DNA of 20,000 nucleotides, from IMG/VR virus record IMGVR_UViG_3300030372_004155; one strand, 5' to 3'. A model generated the notes under the pieces. The model did not search any database, had not been told where the DNA came from, and worked only from the letters and a program-made list of their open reading frames with translations. This document shows positions 10,210 to 17,555 of the stretch, in pieces (position 1 is the stretch's first letter; each line of letters begins with the position of its first letter). The DNA is from an uncultured virus (IMG/VR IMGVR_UViG_3300030372_004155) (lineage: Duplodnaviria > Heunggongvirae > Uroviricota > Caudoviricetes). The position numbers and the translations under genes were made by a program.

Positions 10210-12156
10210 TTACTGTCGTTTTAATTGTCCGTTGGAATAACTAGATGTATAGAAATCTTTAATAAAGGTGGTGCCTGTTACCTCATCACCAGAACTAATA
10301 ACATCCCTCACCATATTTATTTTACTTTTAGAAAGACTTAAATTAATATACAATTCTCGTAATCCTACAACATCATTTGATTCAGGAATAGCTTGTATTT
10401 CAATAACACCAGAAGTATTAAGAGTTGAAGTAATATTTATTGTATTCAACAATATTTCTCCTTTAATATAATCTACAGTTCCTGCAGATTTAGCCACAAC
10501 ATTATATGTACCATCCACTAATACATCTATAATAGAAATTACTCCAGTTTTTAAATCTGGATTAGGAATATCTGTAATATAAACTGTTTTTGTAGTGCCA
10601 GAAATCTTAAATCCTGTAGATTTAATATTGAATCCTGATTCATTAACATGGAATTGATTTCCATAGCATAATTCATACTGAGCAAATTGATTTAGAGCTG
10701 CTTTTAAATCTCTTCTAATTTTTATTCTTGTAATATTAGAAGTTATAGCAGTATCTGTATTATCAATAACTTGTTGAACTTTACTATACTTAAATCTTCC
10801 ACCAAATTGATTTAAATCAACAGAATTAGCATATGTAGTGAGAGAATTTATTACACTTGTTTTTAATGCAGCTGGAGTAGATACCTTGGTATTGTCAAAA
10901 TAAACAGAAGAATCAAGTTCTACATATAGCATCTTAAGATCTGTTATTTTTTGATTTATTCCAGATACAGTGTACTGCTTTAATTTTGATAAAATAAGAG
11001 ATTTATTAAAAGCTGAAACAAAAGATCCATTTTTAGGTTTTATACTAATATAAACATTTCCAAACTCTGGTGGATCCATCTCCTCACCCCCTACAACAGC
11101 GACAGATTCAGTGTCAGGGTATATTTGCTTAACTATAGCTTCATAGTCTCTGGGAGTGACTGCACGGTACTGTGAGGAGTATACTCTAGGAGCATAATAT
11201 TTGATTGAACTCACCTCTTCAATATCAGAACCATTCTGAGAAGCTTGATTAGTAATTACAGTTGGTGAAAGAGTTAAAGTAAGTGGTGTATATTGAGAAT
11301 TGTAAGGATTAATTGATACAATTTTTCCAGAGAATGAAAATGAATTATTAGTTCCTATACCATTACCTTCTTTACCATCAGTAATGATATATTGAACTGT
11401 AATAACTGATTCATTTTCTAATTTTTTACCAATATAACCGTCACCAAATAATAATTCATATTTTTCATCTTGTATTTCTTGAATTAAGAATATTTCAGAT
11501 GTTGAATCTACATTTAATATATTTTCTACTAAAGAATATTCATTTCCTAATGCATTCTTATCAGCTGCACTCGCAGAATTGACATATACCCGAATAGTTG
11601 AAGTATCAATACCTGTATTATCTAATATAAACCTTTGATCTAATGAAGTATCTGCAGTAAATGTTTTTGTTATGAAGGTACCTTCTTTAATACCAATACT
11701 AGAAAAAGATGCTTGATAGATTCCATTTACTTTGGCAATGGGTGCTGATATATTTTCAGAAACCGAAAAGACGTATGATGTATCAGTTGCATTCCCAGTA
11801 CATACTAAACCTGCCTGTAAGGTTGCTATAGAGGATCCTGGATCGGTTGTACCGAAACTAGTAATGAATGATATTCTTGCTTCTGCGGCAGTCTTAGAAC
11901 GTGGTACATATCCAATATTTCTTGCTAATGAAACTACATTTTCACGAAGAGTTGCAGAATCTAAAAAAGATTCATTAACAATCATATTGGAGTTAAATGC
12001 TGTAATATAAGTGTTATAAGCTAACGTATCAATTAAAACAGAAAAATTAGACCCCTCAAAGTCAAATCCCGTAAACGTAGAGTTAGCACGGAGATACTCT
12101 TTGATAGAGGTCTTTATTTGATCAAAATCAAGGTTTGTAAATTTAGTAAACGGCAT
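10210..12156 (-). CDS. gp6: Baseplate wedge subunit gp6
   Basis: 648 aa with LDFDQIK, FDFEGSN, ESFLDSATLRENVVSLARNIGYVP, FGDG and QYRAVT..DY motifs typical of T4 gp6; synteny. Confidence 0.95.
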   Translation of the reverse strand: MPFTKFTNLDFDQIKTSIKEYLRANSTFTGFDFEGSNFSVLIDTLAYNTYITAFNSNMIVNESFLDSATLRENVVSLARNIGYVPRSKTAAEARISFITSFGTTDPGSSIATLQAGLVCTGNATDTSYVFSVSENISAPIAKVNGIYQASFSSIGIKEGTFITKTFTADTSLDQRFILDNTGIDTSTIRVYVNSASAADKNALGNEYSLVENILNVDSTSEIFLIQEIQDEKYELLFGDGYIGKKLENESVITVQYIITDGKEGNGIGTNNSFSFSGKIVSINPYNSQYTPLTLTLSPTVITNQASQNGSDIEEVSSIKYYAPRVYSSQYRAVTPRDYEAIVKQIYPDTESVAVVGGEEMDPPEFGNVYISIKPKNGSFVSAFNKSLILSKLKQYTVSGINQKITDLKMLYVELDSSVYFDNTKVSTPAALKTSVINSLTTYANSVDLNQFGGRFKYSKVQQVIDNTDTAITSNITRIKIRRDLKAALNQFAQYELCYGNQFHVNESGFNIKSTGFKISGTTKTVYITDIPNPDLKTGVISIIDVLVDGTYNVVAKSAGTVDYIKGEILLNTINITSTLNTSGVIEIQAIPESNDVVGLRELYINLSLSKSKINMVRDVISSGDEVTGTTFIKDFYTSSYSNGQLKRQ

Positions 12157-12157
12157 T

Positions 12158-12559
12158 TTATCTTGTTGACTCTAAGAGAAATGAATATTCTTGTGCAGGA
12201 AATTCTTGTCCAACAATATCATAATATACCGTTACCTCAAAGGAATTCTCATTTGGTTGCGGATTAACCAATACTCTTACATCACTAATTCTAGGCTCAA
12301 AGTTATCTAATGCAACTTCAATTTGTTCTTGAATTGTGGAAGCAGTACCAAAATCAACAAAATTAAATAGACTATCATAAACATCCGAACCAAAGGTAGG
12401 ATTAAAAAACTTTTCAGTAGGAATAGTTTGAACTATATTACGTACTGATCTACGAATTGCATCTTCGTTCTTTAATACCTTTAGATCATTTGTGATAGGA
12501 TGAGGGATAAAGGATAAACTAATATCTTTAAATTCCCGTGAGACCCTTCGAATAGTCAT
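12158..12559 (-). CDS. gp25: Baseplate wedge subunit gp25 (GPW/gp25 family)
   Basis: 133 aa with FKDISLSF..HP, AIRRSVRNIV, EKFFNPTFGS and NFEPRI motifs; directly upstream of gp6. Confidence 0.95.
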   Translation of the reverse strand: MTIRRVSREFKDISLSFIPHPITNDLKVLKNEDAIRRSVRNIVQTIPTEKFFNPTFGSDVYDSLFNFVDFGTASTIQEQIEVALDNFEPRISDVRVLVNPQPNENSFEVTVYYDIVGQEFPAQEYSFLLESTR

Positions 12560-12576
12560 TGAACAAGGTTTTTCTT

Positions 12577-12584
12577 TATTTATA
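12577..12584 (-). promoter_or_regulatory. T4-type late promoter TATAAATA for the gp25-gp6-gp7 operon
   Basis: Plus-strand TATTTATA is the exact gp55-sigma consensus on the minus strand, 17 nt before the gp25 ATG. Confidence 0.85.
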
Positions 12585-12599
12585 CCCAGTTCTTAATAT

Positions 12600-12746
12600 T
12601 TACTTTCCTTGCCCTCTTCTTTTCTTACGAGCCGAGTTACGAGAGGTCGCCGCATACTTTGTATGTTTACCATTTCCTTGACGAGTCTTCTTCGGGGGTG
12701 ATTGTATAAAATCTCCACCACTAATACCACTGGTTGCTTTAGCCAT
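12600..12746 (-). CDS. Small, very basic protein, 48 aa (MAKATSGISGGDFIQSPPKKTRQGNGKHTKYAATSRNSARKKRRGQGK)
   Basis: Hand translation, below the ORF-track cutoff. TAATG coupling with the upstream ORF. Resembles the small basic ORF found next to gp25 in cyanophages. Confidence 0.85.
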   Translation of the reverse strand: MAKATSGISGGDFIQSPPKKTRQGNGKHTKYAATSRNSARKKRRGQGK

Positions 12747-12913
12747 TAATTTTCTGTGTAAATTTCAGTTTTAATTTGAGAGGAGTCTGGAGAACCTGTT
12801 TGATAAAATTCAACTGCGAAGTCCTCCATACGATTCATATATTCCATTTGAGTAAGTGCCGTATATACTTCCTTACCGTCTATAAGGATTCTATATAACT
12901 CTTGTTTTTTCAT
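12746..12913 (-). CDS. Hypothetical protein, 55 aa (MKKQELYRILIDGKEVY...IKTEIYTEN)
   Basis: Hand translation; fills the gap exactly, overlaps the end of the glycosyltransferase-like gene, and its stop overlaps the next ATG. Confidence 0.75.
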   Translation of the reverse strand: MKKQELYRILIDGKEVYTALTQMEYMNRMEDFAVEFYQTGSPDSSQIKTEIYTEN

Positions 12914-13646
12914 GCCCTACTCTTACACGAGGATCGCACCAGATTTCGAAACCTGCGTCTTTTGCATCAAGACAGAAAGAAACATCTTCTCCACACATGT
13001 CTTGTACTTCGCCACTCTCGAAAACCTGCATCTTGGGAGCAAACCATGGATAAGGCATTCCTTCGTGCTCAAATACTCCATTCTTAATTAATAGCCATCC
13101 GAAACCTGTATAGTCTACTGTGAAAGGTTTCTTACGCTTGGATATACTTTCGATAGTCTCGTGATTCATCACTCCACCGTTGTTACGAAAATCATCCTCT
13201 TCTAACCAATGTGCTACAGAGGTAGTCTTACCATCTTCGGTACAATACCATCCACCTGCAATGTCTTGCTCCATAAGAACTAATTGATAAAACTTCTCAG
13301 TATTAAAAACAATGTCAGAGTCAATCCATAATTGCCAATCATACTTAAGTTTTCCGTCCCATGGAATTTGATTTGGCCCTCTGAGAACATTTGCTCCAAG
13401 ACACTTGCATCTTGCAAAGTTCACCATAGAACTATAATCTTGTGATATCTGAATACTTGCTCCATTCTGAACAAGATCAAAACAAAGTTGTACAAAAGCT
13501 TTTAAGAATGTATAAGATACTCCCCTACCTGGTAAACAAAATACTACAGATTTTCCTTTTACTAATTCTTTTGCTTTATCATAATCCCATTCAGCTGGTT
13601 TTGAGACTGTGGGAGTCTTTGCCTTTACTGTAAATCCTTTAGCCAT
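12891..13646 (-). CDS. Glycosyltransferase-like protein (GT-A fold, DxD motif)
   Basis: 251 aa with WIDSDIVF (DxD), TGFGWLLIK, GEDVSFC and terminal VGHEK motifs typical of GT-A/GT2-like phage proteins. Confidence 0.8.
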   Translation of the reverse strand: MAKGFTVKAKTPTVSKPAEWDYDKAKELVKGKSVVFCLPGRGVSYTFLKAFVQLCFDLVQNGASIQISQDYSSMVNFARCKCLGANVLRGPNQIPWDGKLKYDWQLWIDSDIVFNTEKFYQLVLMEQDIAGGWYCTEDGKTTSVAHWLEEDDFRNNGGVMNHETIESISKRKKPFTVDYTGFGWLLIKNGVFEHEGMPYPWFAPKMQVFESGEVQDMCGEDVSFCLDAKDAGFEIWCDPRVRVGHEKTRVI

Positions 13647-13668
13647 AACGTTACGTAATTACAAGTCA

Positions 13669-13697
13669 ATTATACTAGATTATATAGCAATTGTCAA
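13669..13697 (-). promoter_or_regulatory. Perfect sigma70 promoter TTGACA-17-TATAAT for the glycosyltransferase-like gene
   Basis: -35 at 13697-13692, 17-nt spacer, -10 at 13674-13669, 22 nt upstream of the ATG. Confidence 0.85.
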
Positions 13698-13861
13698 TAT
13701 GAAGATTCTTCGTATTTCTTAGGGGGGTTTTCCGTAAGTTCTGAATATGTTAACTCTGAATTATAATCTCTATTAAGTAAGGGCCATATAGTCTCAAACT
13801 GCCCTTCATTTAATTGTTTGAATATACAACGTTCCTTGAAATATATGTGATATTCCTTCAT
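13694..13861 (-). CDS. Hypothetical protein, 55 aa (MKEYHIYFKERCIFKQL...YEESSY)
   Basis: Hand translation; TAATG coupling to the upstream ORF at 13861. Confidence 0.8.
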   Translation of the reverse strand: MKEYHIYFKERCIFKQLNEGQFETIWPLLNRDYNSELTYSELTENPPKKYEESSY

Positions 13862-14031
13862 TATTTTCTTTCCTTGATAATGGCTTCACTACCATCAACG
13901 TTCCATTGTATTTGACTCTCTTCATATAAACTAAGTTCGTTGATAACCTGTTCTGGTATTGTTGTATAATACTCTCCACTTACTGTATCAATCTCTATCG
14001 TGGAAAAAATTTCCCCAAAATTTTTCATCAT
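13861..14031 (-). CDS. AbrB/MazE/SpoVT-like small DNA-binding protein, 56 aa
   Basis: ATG at 14031 is preferred over the track's longer start. GEYYTTIPEQVINELSLYEESQIQW...IIK fits the swapped-hairpin pattern. Confidence 0.6.
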   Translation of the reverse strand: MMKNFGEIFSTIEIDTVSGEYYTTIPEQVINELSLYEESQIQWNVDGSEAIIKERK

Positions 14032-14171
14032 ACTTGTAAATCCGTCGGTTGTTTTTATATAGCGAAAAAAATTCTTATGTAAAGAGGAAAACACAGCTGC
14101 CTTGGGTAACACTTTGTAGGTTAGGGAAGTTGCCCTTTTTTATAAACGGGGGCAACACGGCGGGGCGGCAA

Positions 14172-14190
14172 CCCCCCGATCAACGGGGGG
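14172..14190. terminator. GC hairpin CCCCCCG-ATCAA-CGGGGGG downstream of the ligase-like gene
   Basis: Perfect 7-bp stem 25 nt after the stop; lacks a good U-tract, so function is uncertain. Confidence 0.45.
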
Positions 14191-14215
14191 ACTGTCTGAT
14201 TCACGAACGCATGAC

Positions 14216-15172
14216 CTAACTGGCAAATGCAACAAAGCGATCATTTTGAAAATTAGCATATGAAAATGCCCTGCGGTTAACCAGTTTGAAATATCCAAAG
14301 CGACTGACCATGACATATCCCTCACCCTGAATCGGTTGAGGATCACCCATCACGCAAGTCTGAAAGTCTGATTCGTCTTTGCAACTCTTTAACGCTTGCA
14401 ATTTAATCTCATTTACTGTATGCCAGAATTCAATCAAAGACGCATCACATAAACCCGCCCACTCAAACGCATCGGAGTCTATGTCTTTACCCTCACGGAT
14501 GAGAGCATTAATGTTGAGTTTGATTTTCTTTGCAGTTCGCTCATCAACGAATTTTACATGCTGTGAAAGTTTCTTTGCATAGTCAACCAAAGTCTCAAGG
14601 TCACGGAATGAATCCACACCCTCACCCAACGGGGCACCGTATTCAGAACGGATATATGCACGGGGTTGAACCCACTTAACTCTTCCATCCGTGGTTTCTA
14701 ATTTCTCAGTAAGAGGCATTGCGATTGCATCACGCAAATCAGAACATGCGTAATATTTGGTATGCGGTGCCATGATGATTTTAGCATCTACGGTTTCCTG
14801 AAACTTATAGGTTAGTGTGTTCGGTCTGTAATTCTTAGACCCTCCGAACCCGATAAAGTCACCCTGATAAATGTTTTTAGTGATTGGCAAATACGCCATG
14901 CAATACATTAAGATTTTCTCTAATGCAGGTTTGTGACCATAGAACTTTTCAATATCGGAAGGGGTCTCACATATGATGATCTTCTTTTTATTGAATACTG
15001 ATTTTGTGCCAACGAACTGGCAACCCGTGGCAGGATTGCGACCCCACACTATTGCGGGTGCACCGTCAATCTTAAGTGACAGAATCAAAGGCATTAAAAA
15101 AGCATCCAAAACAGATAGGTCACCTGTGAGGATGCTGTCTTCGGGGTGTTCAATGTGAGTGTTTTTTGTCAT
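14216..15172 (-). CDS. Covalent nucleotidyltransferase / RNA-ligase-like protein (DUF6267-like)
   Basis: 318 aa with motif I SLKIDGAP, motif III-like YQGDF, motif IV GEGYV and motif V FKLVNR; N-terminal NTHIEHPED. Confidence 0.75.
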   Translation of the reverse strand: MTKNTHIEHPEDSILTGDLSVLDAFLMPLILSLKIDGAPAIVWGRNPATGCQFVGTKSVFNKKKIIICETPSDIEKFYGHKPALEKILMYCMAYLPITKNIYQGDFIGFGGSKNYRPNTLTYKFQETVDAKIIMAPHTKYYACSDLRDAIAMPLTEKLETTDGRVKWVQPRAYIRSEYGAPLGEGVDSFRDLETLVDYAKKLSQHVKFVDERTAKKIKLNINALIREGKDIDSDAFEWAGLCDASLIEFWHTVNEIKLQALKSCKDESDFQTCVMGDPQPIQGEGYVMVSRFGYFKLVNRRAFSYANFQNDRFVAFAS

Positions 15173-15205
15173 GGAAAAACGAAAGTAAAAAAAACGGTTT
15201 GGGGT

Positions 15206-15290
15206 GTGGGTGAGGTAGCAGATGTCTGACTTATGCTAACTTGTTTACCAAGTTTAATTAAAGTCTCAGGGATGCCAACCTCTCTCCCAC
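15206..15290 (-). ncRNA. Candidate rod-like structured RNA / 5' leader, 85 nt
   Basis: Five nested helices: GUGGG/CCCAC, GAGGU/ACCUC, GGCA/UGCU, CU(GA)GACUU/AAGUCAG and AACUUG-GUAAA-CAAGUU. Begins 6 nt after a -10 box; U8 tract at 15194-15187. Confidence 0.6.
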
Positions 15291-15296
15291 TTCTTT

Positions 15297-15358
15297 ATAA
15301 TACCAATAAAAAACCCCCAGTGGGGGTTGAGTGTGACAGTTTGAGTAATGGCTGGTCA
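15297..15358 (-). promoter_or_regulatory. Early-type regulatory cassette 1 (dyad box, hairpin, T-run, extended -10)
   Basis: Minus strand AAACTGTCACAC..CCCCCACTGGGGG TTTTTTAT TGG TATTAT. Confidence 0.8.
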
Positions 15359-15703
15359 GGCGATTTCTAAATGATCTGCATCTATTAGAATCATGCCGTC
15401 CCAGAAATCCTTAACGTCATCACAGTAAGAAACGAACCAATCAAAATTTTTTTGAAAAACGCCACATCCTGGTTTCACTTCCTGGAGAATAGCGTTCAGT
15501 CTGCTTTTAGTTGTTGGGGTCTCCCAACCGCATGAACTGAGTTTGACTGCTTTAAGATTGTGGTCATAAGTCGCAATGCTGTGACCATGTAGTTTGACAG
15601 TTGAGCAGTTGGTTGAATCATTGTATTCAACTTCAGTATTGGACTTGGACCAGTTGCCTTTGTTAGAAAGAGCGAAGTTCATTTGCTTTTCAATTTGACG
15701 CAT
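15356..15703 (-). CDS. Hypothetical protein, 115 aa (MRQIEKQMNFA...)
   Basis: Start reassigned downstream of cassette 2. LHGHSIA and GWETPTTKSRLNA motifs resemble a common cyanophage early-region family. Confidence 0.85.
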   Translation of the reverse strand: MRQIEKQMNFALSNKGNWSKSNTEVEYNDSTNCSTVKLHGHSIATYDHNLKAVKLSSCGWETPTTKSRLNAILQEVKPGCGVFQKNFDWFVSYCDDVKDFWDGMILIDADHLEIA

Positions 15704-15728
15704 TTGGTTTGAATCCTTTAGTACTCTT

Positions 15729-15790
15729 ATAATATACCAATAAAAAAGCACCCTGTGGGGTGCGTGTGTGCCAGTTTGTAGAGTGGTCTA
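15729..15790 (-). promoter_or_regulatory. Regulatory cassette 2
   Basis: AAACTGGCACAC, hairpin GCACCCC-AC-AGGGTGC, T6, TGG TATATT. Confidence 0.8.
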
Positions 15791-16132
15791 CTTAGTGACT
15801 AATTCTACCAACTGTGCGTGATAGGGTTTCACTGCCTCAAATCCTTTAGTGAAATCCTTTAGAAGTTCTTGGATCTCAAAATTGTGGATTGCCCACCGTG
15901 TTGAAATATCCTTAAGATATTTTTCAGGTGAGATGAGACGGGCAGTTGATGGTCTCTTAAGTGTGGTTACTTTAGAAACCACTTTGCCACTTTTAAAGGA
16001 TGTGACGGTGACCTTTTTAACTGCTGGTTTCTTTGCAGGTGTGGCAACCTTACGGGTTGCAGTCGGTGAAGTCTTACGGGTGCGGGTCTTACGTGTTTTT
16101 GTAGGAGTTGCAGCAGGTGACTTAACAGGCAT
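15788..16132 (-). CDS. Lys/Thr/Arg/Pro-rich basic protein with a histone H1-like low-complexity N-terminus, 114 aa
   Basis: MPVKSPAATPTKTRKTRTRKTSPTATRKVATPAKKPAVKK...; start reassigned downstream of cassette 3. Confidence 0.8.
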   Translation of the reverse strand: MPVKSPAATPTKTRKTRTRKTSPTATRKVATPAKKPAVKKVTVTSFKSGKVVSKVTTLKRPSTARLISPEKYLKDISTRWAIHNFEIQELLKDFTKGFEAVKPYHAQLVELVTK

Positions 16133-16159
16133 AAAAACGAAGTTCGTTTGTTTACTCTT

Positions 16160-16221
16160 ATAATATACCAATAAAAAAACCCCTTTGGGGGTTTTAGTGT
16201 ACAGTTTGTGAACTGGCCCTA
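16160..16221 (-). promoter_or_regulatory. Regulatory cassette 3
   Basis: CCAGTT-CACA-AACTGTACAC, hairpin AAAACCCC-CAAA-GGGGTTTT, TGG TATATT. Confidence 0.8.
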
Positions 16222-16419
16222 GATGTCATTCAGGGGTGATCTCCCACGGTATGCTCTAAAAGGTCTCTGTAACTGCTCTTCCTTTTGAGCAAACTCCTGT
16301 AAGAAGTAATCCACTGTAAACTCATTCTCATTACAGAATGTTTCAATTTCAGAATAGATGCTTGCAGGGTAGTTTGTCATGTGGAAATCGGTAGGGTTGA
16401 CGGTTGGGAAATTGTTCAT
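16219..16419 (-). CDS. Hypothetical protein, 66 aa (alternative start at 16380)
   Basis: ORF track; TAATG coupling with the upstream 40-aa ORF; stop lies inside cassette 3. Confidence 0.75.
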   Translation of the reverse strand: MNNFPTVNPTDFHMTNYPASIYSEIETFCNENEFTVDYFLQEFAQKEEQLQRPFRAYRGRSPLNDI

Positions 16420-16541
16420 TAGTAGTCTATGTCTGAGTTGAAATACGCATCAACGTCAAACTTAGTCTCCTCTTCCGTTTGAGAAAATGCCTCTTCCATT
16501 AGTGCGGAGAGTGCTTCGTCTTCAAATCTGGGGTCAATCAT
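16419..16541 (-). CDS. Small acidic protein, 40 aa (MIDPRFEDEALSALMEEAFSQTEEETKFDVDAYFNSDIDY)
   Basis: Hand translation; first ORF after cassette 4. Confidence 0.8.
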   Translation of the reverse strand: MIDPRFEDEALSALMEEAFSQTEEETKFDVDAYFNSDIDY

Positions 16542-16567
16542 TTGGGAGTAATTCGTTTGACTCTTTA

Positions 16568-16624
16568 ATAATAGCAAAAAATCCCCACTGTGGGGGATTT
16601 GGTGTTCACTTTGCTCACTGGCAC
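16568..16624 (-). promoter_or_regulatory. Regulatory cassette 4
   Basis: GTGCCAGT..AAGTGAACAC, hairpin AAATCCCC-CACAGT-GGGGATTT, TGC TATTAT. Confidence 0.8.
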
Positions 16625-16794
16625 AAGTCTTGGAACTTTTTGTATGCCATTTCCTCTACTCTATCAAGGACGAACGGGTTAATTCTTACCCACTCGCTCA
16701 TCTGGTCACCAGTTAGACCACTGATACGCATGTACTCATCAAATGATTCGTCAAAGCATGTTTCATAGAGTGATTCATGATGTAATGTGCTCAT
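16615..16794 (-). CDS. Hypothetical protein, 59 aa (MSTLHHESLYETCFDESF...KKFQDLCQ)
   Basis: Hand translation; lies between cassettes 5 and 4; last codons are formed by the dyad box. Confidence 0.82.
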   Translation of the reverse strand: MSTLHHESLYETCFDESFDEYMRISGLTGDQMSEWVRINPFVLDRVEEMAYKKFQDLCQ

Positions 16795-16818
16795 GTAAAA
16801 ATCCTTTGGTACTCTTTA

Positions 16819-16875
16819 ATAATAACAATAAAAAAACCCCTTTGGGGGTTTTAGTGGACAGTTTGATTACTGGAA
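16819..16875 (-). promoter_or_regulatory. Regulatory cassette 5
   Basis: AAACTGTCCAC, hairpin identical to cassette 3, TGT TATTAT. Confidence 0.8.
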
Positions 16876-17046
16876 TAATGGTCTCATGTAATCTTTGAAA
16901 TCTTCCCTCATACTGTCTGCAAGGATGCGAAGTTGATCTTCGGTTGAGTTATTACCACTTGCAACCAACTCATCATAACACGCTCTACTGATTCCAGCAT
17001 TGCTAAGTTCATATTCATGCAGGGCAACATGCTTAAAAAAACTCAT
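16867..17046 (-). CDS. Hypothetical protein, 59 aa (MSFFKHVALHEYELSNAG...YMRPLFQ)
   Basis: Hand translation; GGAG 5 nt upstream of the ATG; lies between cassettes 6 and 5. Confidence 0.82.
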   Translation of the reverse strand: MSFFKHVALHEYELSNAGISRACYDELVASGNNSTEDQLRILADSMREDFKDYMRPLFQ

Positions 17047-17071
17047 AAGGACTCCGTTTGTTGACTCTTTA

Positions 17072-17130
17072 ATAATAACAATAAAAAACCCCCAGTGGGG
17101 GTTTAGTGTGACAGTTTAGAAACTGACCAG
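17072..17130 (-). promoter_or_regulatory. Regulatory cassette 6
   Basis: GTCAGTT-TCTA-AACTGTCACAC, hairpin as in cassette 1, TGT TATTAT. Confidence 0.8.
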
Positions 17131-17370
17131 TGCTGACTTCCAGTAATCAAGATCCGTGTTAACTTTCATTTCGTTAAACATTGACTGGACTTCAGAGTAA
17201 TCAGCGTCAACCCATTTAACCCCGTCCTTAGTCTCATCACATCCCCACGCAGTCAAGTCATTCATGAATGTTTGGAAACCTGCGGATGCAAGGGCAAGTC
17301 TGTAGAGGGTCTCATCGTTTTGGATCCAGAGTGAAACATTCCATGTTTCATAATCTTTCCAACCGTTCAT
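17116..17370 (-). CDS. Hypothetical protein, 84 aa (MNGWKDYETWNVSLWIQNDETLY...)
   Basis: Start reassigned (GGAG leader, downstream of cassette 7). The NGW..YETW.V.LWI.NDE.LY motif is typical of a widespread small phage family. Confidence 0.85.
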   Translation of the reverse strand: MNGWKDYETWNVSLWIQNDETLYRLALASAGFQTFMNDLTAWGCDETKDGVKWVDADYSEVQSMFNEMKVNTDLDYWKSALVSF

Positions 17371-17395
17371 AAGGACTCCGTTTGTTGACTCTCTT

Positions 17396-17454
17396 AATAT
17401 AAACGATTCCAGTAACGAATGGGAAAATAATGGACACTTTGCCAACTGGGCTAG
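17396..17454 (-). promoter_or_regulatory. Regulatory cassette 7 (variant with TCCCATTCGTT core)
   Basis: CCAGTT-GGCA-AAGTGTCCAT, 28 nt, TATATT. Confidence 0.7.
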
Positions 17455-17483
17455 GCCGCCGAGGGACAGAGGCTTCTAGGCCG

Positions 17484-17509
17484 TTCTCAATAAGGATTTT
17501 TATTGAGAA
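17484..17509. repeat. Inverted repeat TTCTCAATAA-N6-TTATTGAGAA (copy 1)
   Basis: Perfect 10-bp arms; near-identical copy at 18450-18476. Confidence 0.85.
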
Positions 17510-17524
17510 TGAATTGTTATTAAA

Positions 17525-17548
17525 TAAGGGATCAAATTAGACCCCTTA
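17525..17548 (-). terminator. Probable intrinsic terminator
   Basis: UAAGGGGUC-UAAUUU-GAUCCCUUA (9 bp, one G-U pair) followed by UUUAAU, 7 nt after the stop at 17556. Confidence 0.65.
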
Positions 17549-17555
17549 AATGTTA

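Noticed and set aside
130..12010. Plus-strand ORFs in the track (130, 1423, 3400, 5214, 6550, 10268, 11732)
   Set aside because: Antisense shadows of gp7 and gp6, with no recognisable motifs or expression signals.
14216..15172. Calling the KxDG protein DNA ligase gp30 or RnlA
   Set aside because: It ends soon after motif V with no OB-fold domain, and no orthology is evident by eye, so no gene symbol is given.
15206..15290. Hammerhead ribozyme, tRNA or SRP identity for the structured RNA
   Set aside because: CUGAGAC does not fit CUGANGA and there is no matching GAAA. There is no cloverleaf or TPsiC arm, and no SRP GGAA-loop motif.
12902..16768. Plus-strand ORFs at 12902, 13442, 14379, 14973, 15849 and 16487, and minus ORF 14140-14346
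   Set aside because: They overlap better-supported minus-strand genes or cross regulatory cassettes.
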